Source of the DNA: an uncultured Arcobacteraceae bacterium
Lineage (GTDB): Bacteria; Campylobacterota; Campylobacteria; Campylobacterales; Arcobacteraceae
Reading direction: 5' to 3'
Assembly: GCA_964486745.1 (NCBI GenBank)
Contig: CAZAOJ010000002.1
Span: 2,958-66,957, forward strand
DNA: 64,000 nucleotides
How positions within the stretch are numbered: position 1 is the stretch's first letter; every line of letters begins with the position of its first letter. This document shows, piece by piece, positions 63,333 through 64,000 of the stretch. The notes under the pieces were generated by a model. That model was not told the origin of the DNA. It searched no databases and saw nothing but the letters and a program-made list of their open reading frames with translations. The position numbers and the translations under genes were made by a program.

Positions 63333-64000
63333 TTATTTTGATTGATTTGTTTCATTCATAGCTTTTTGTTTAGCAAAAAATGCTAATAAGCTAAGTAAAC
63401 TAATTGCTACAATCATATAAAATCCAATAGTAGGATAAGAGTGTGTAGTAAACTGTGCAATTTTACCATCTCCAAATACTGTTGGCATAAATGGTTTTAT
63501 TTTAAATGCACCCCAGTCATGAAGATTATGTCCAAACCAATATAGCCAATAAGAGTAATCAGCTATAAATAATAGTGGTAAAGATGCTGGAATTAACATA
63601 AGATAATTTAAGATTTTATTATTATAAATCATAAATAAAATCATACATAAAGATAATCCTAATAAAGCATAAATACCTATTTCTCTTTCTATATGTCCAC
63701 CAACCCACATAGGATCCATACCTACATAGTGATTGATTGTATTCATCTCATGAACTTCTCCACTATATCCATCAAAATGGAAAAATACTGGAATACCTTC
63801 AGGGAATGCTTCTTTTGGATAATTTGGTGCTTCAAGTGATACTGCCCAAATAGGAAGTGACGCTACACCAATTTCAGCTGATGACTCTATCATCTTATCT
63901 AGATTGTTATGTGCGTCTTTTTCTGTAGTAACACTTTTGTATCTACCTTTATTGTATAAATTCCAAACAGACTTACTGATAGATGAAATCTCTTCACTTT
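63333..64000 (-). CDS. nosB: NosB membrane protein (N-terminus beyond the window)
   Basis: The reading frame stays open upstream of the track start Met at 63893, all the way to position 64000 (...SEEISSISKSVWNLYNKGRYKSVTTEKDAHNNLDKMIESS...). Several TM helices. Position is 5' of nosD, as in Wolinella nosZ-B-D-G-C1-C2-H-F-Y-L. Confidence 0.7.
   Translation of the reverse strand, partial: SEEISSISKSVWNLYNKGRYKSVTTEKDAHNNLDKMIESSAEIGVASLPIWAVSLEAPNYPKEAFPEGIPVFFHFDGYSGEVHEMNTINHYVGMDPMWVGGHIEREIGIYALLGLSLCMILFMIYNNKILNYLMLIPASLPLLFIADYSYWLYWFGHNLHDWGAFKIKPFMPTVFGDGKIAQFTTHSYPTIGFYMIVAISLLSLLAFFAKQKAMNETNQSK

Noticed and set aside
1-64000. Mobile elements, prophage, CRISPR arrays and defence islands
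   Set aside because: No transposase, integrase, recombinase, phage structural or Cas-like ORFs and no regularly spaced repeats were seen. The tRNA cluster is not followed by an integrase or direct repeats.

Overview
Strongly AT-rich bacterial chromosomal segment. Gene content and operon architecture fit Campylobacterota, probably an Arcobacter-like organism. The evidence is a napAGHBF-x-LD periplasmic nitrate reductase operon and a Wolinella-type (clade II) nos accessory cluster, nosB-D-G-C1-C2-H-F-(x)-Y-L. nosZ would lie beyond the right edge of the window.

Layout:
- The left 40 kb is mostly tightly packed housekeeping: ung, glmS, modABC, metK, accD, thiE, rlmH, dksA, dus, prmA, ftsH, leuA, gdhA, rnhB, murE, ileS and a five-gene tRNA cluster. 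No transposases, integrases, CRISPR arrays or rRNA were seen.
- Less ordinary islands are embedded in it. One is a Kch-like K+ channel plus RCK protein, followed by a fused DUF1538x2-PII membrane protein coupled to gdhA. Another is a triple Hsp20 operon divergent from a eukaryote-type arginine kinase.
- The right 23 kb is a respiratory and denitrification region.

Candidate novel system: the best candidate lies between nap and nos, at about 49.0-56.3 kb. It is a translationally coupled 7-gene operon that encodes:
- NosL/TRASH-like periplasmic proteins;
- an FtsX(MacB)-type ABC transporter;
- a polytopic Cys-motif membrane protein;
- a CxxCxM lipoprotein.

It is flanked by a divergent NosL-like paralog and by a second NosD paralog. 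This looks like an uncharacterised periplasmic copper-trafficking or maturation module parallel to NosDFYL.

Other notable signals:
- Aer/CetB-type stand-alone PAS genes embedded in both the nap and nos operons.
- A class II FNR-type promoter for napA.
- A Leu-rich leader peptide upstream of leuA.
- A consensus sigma70 promoter for the tRNA cluster.

All calls come from reading the translations and the sequence. No database searches were run.
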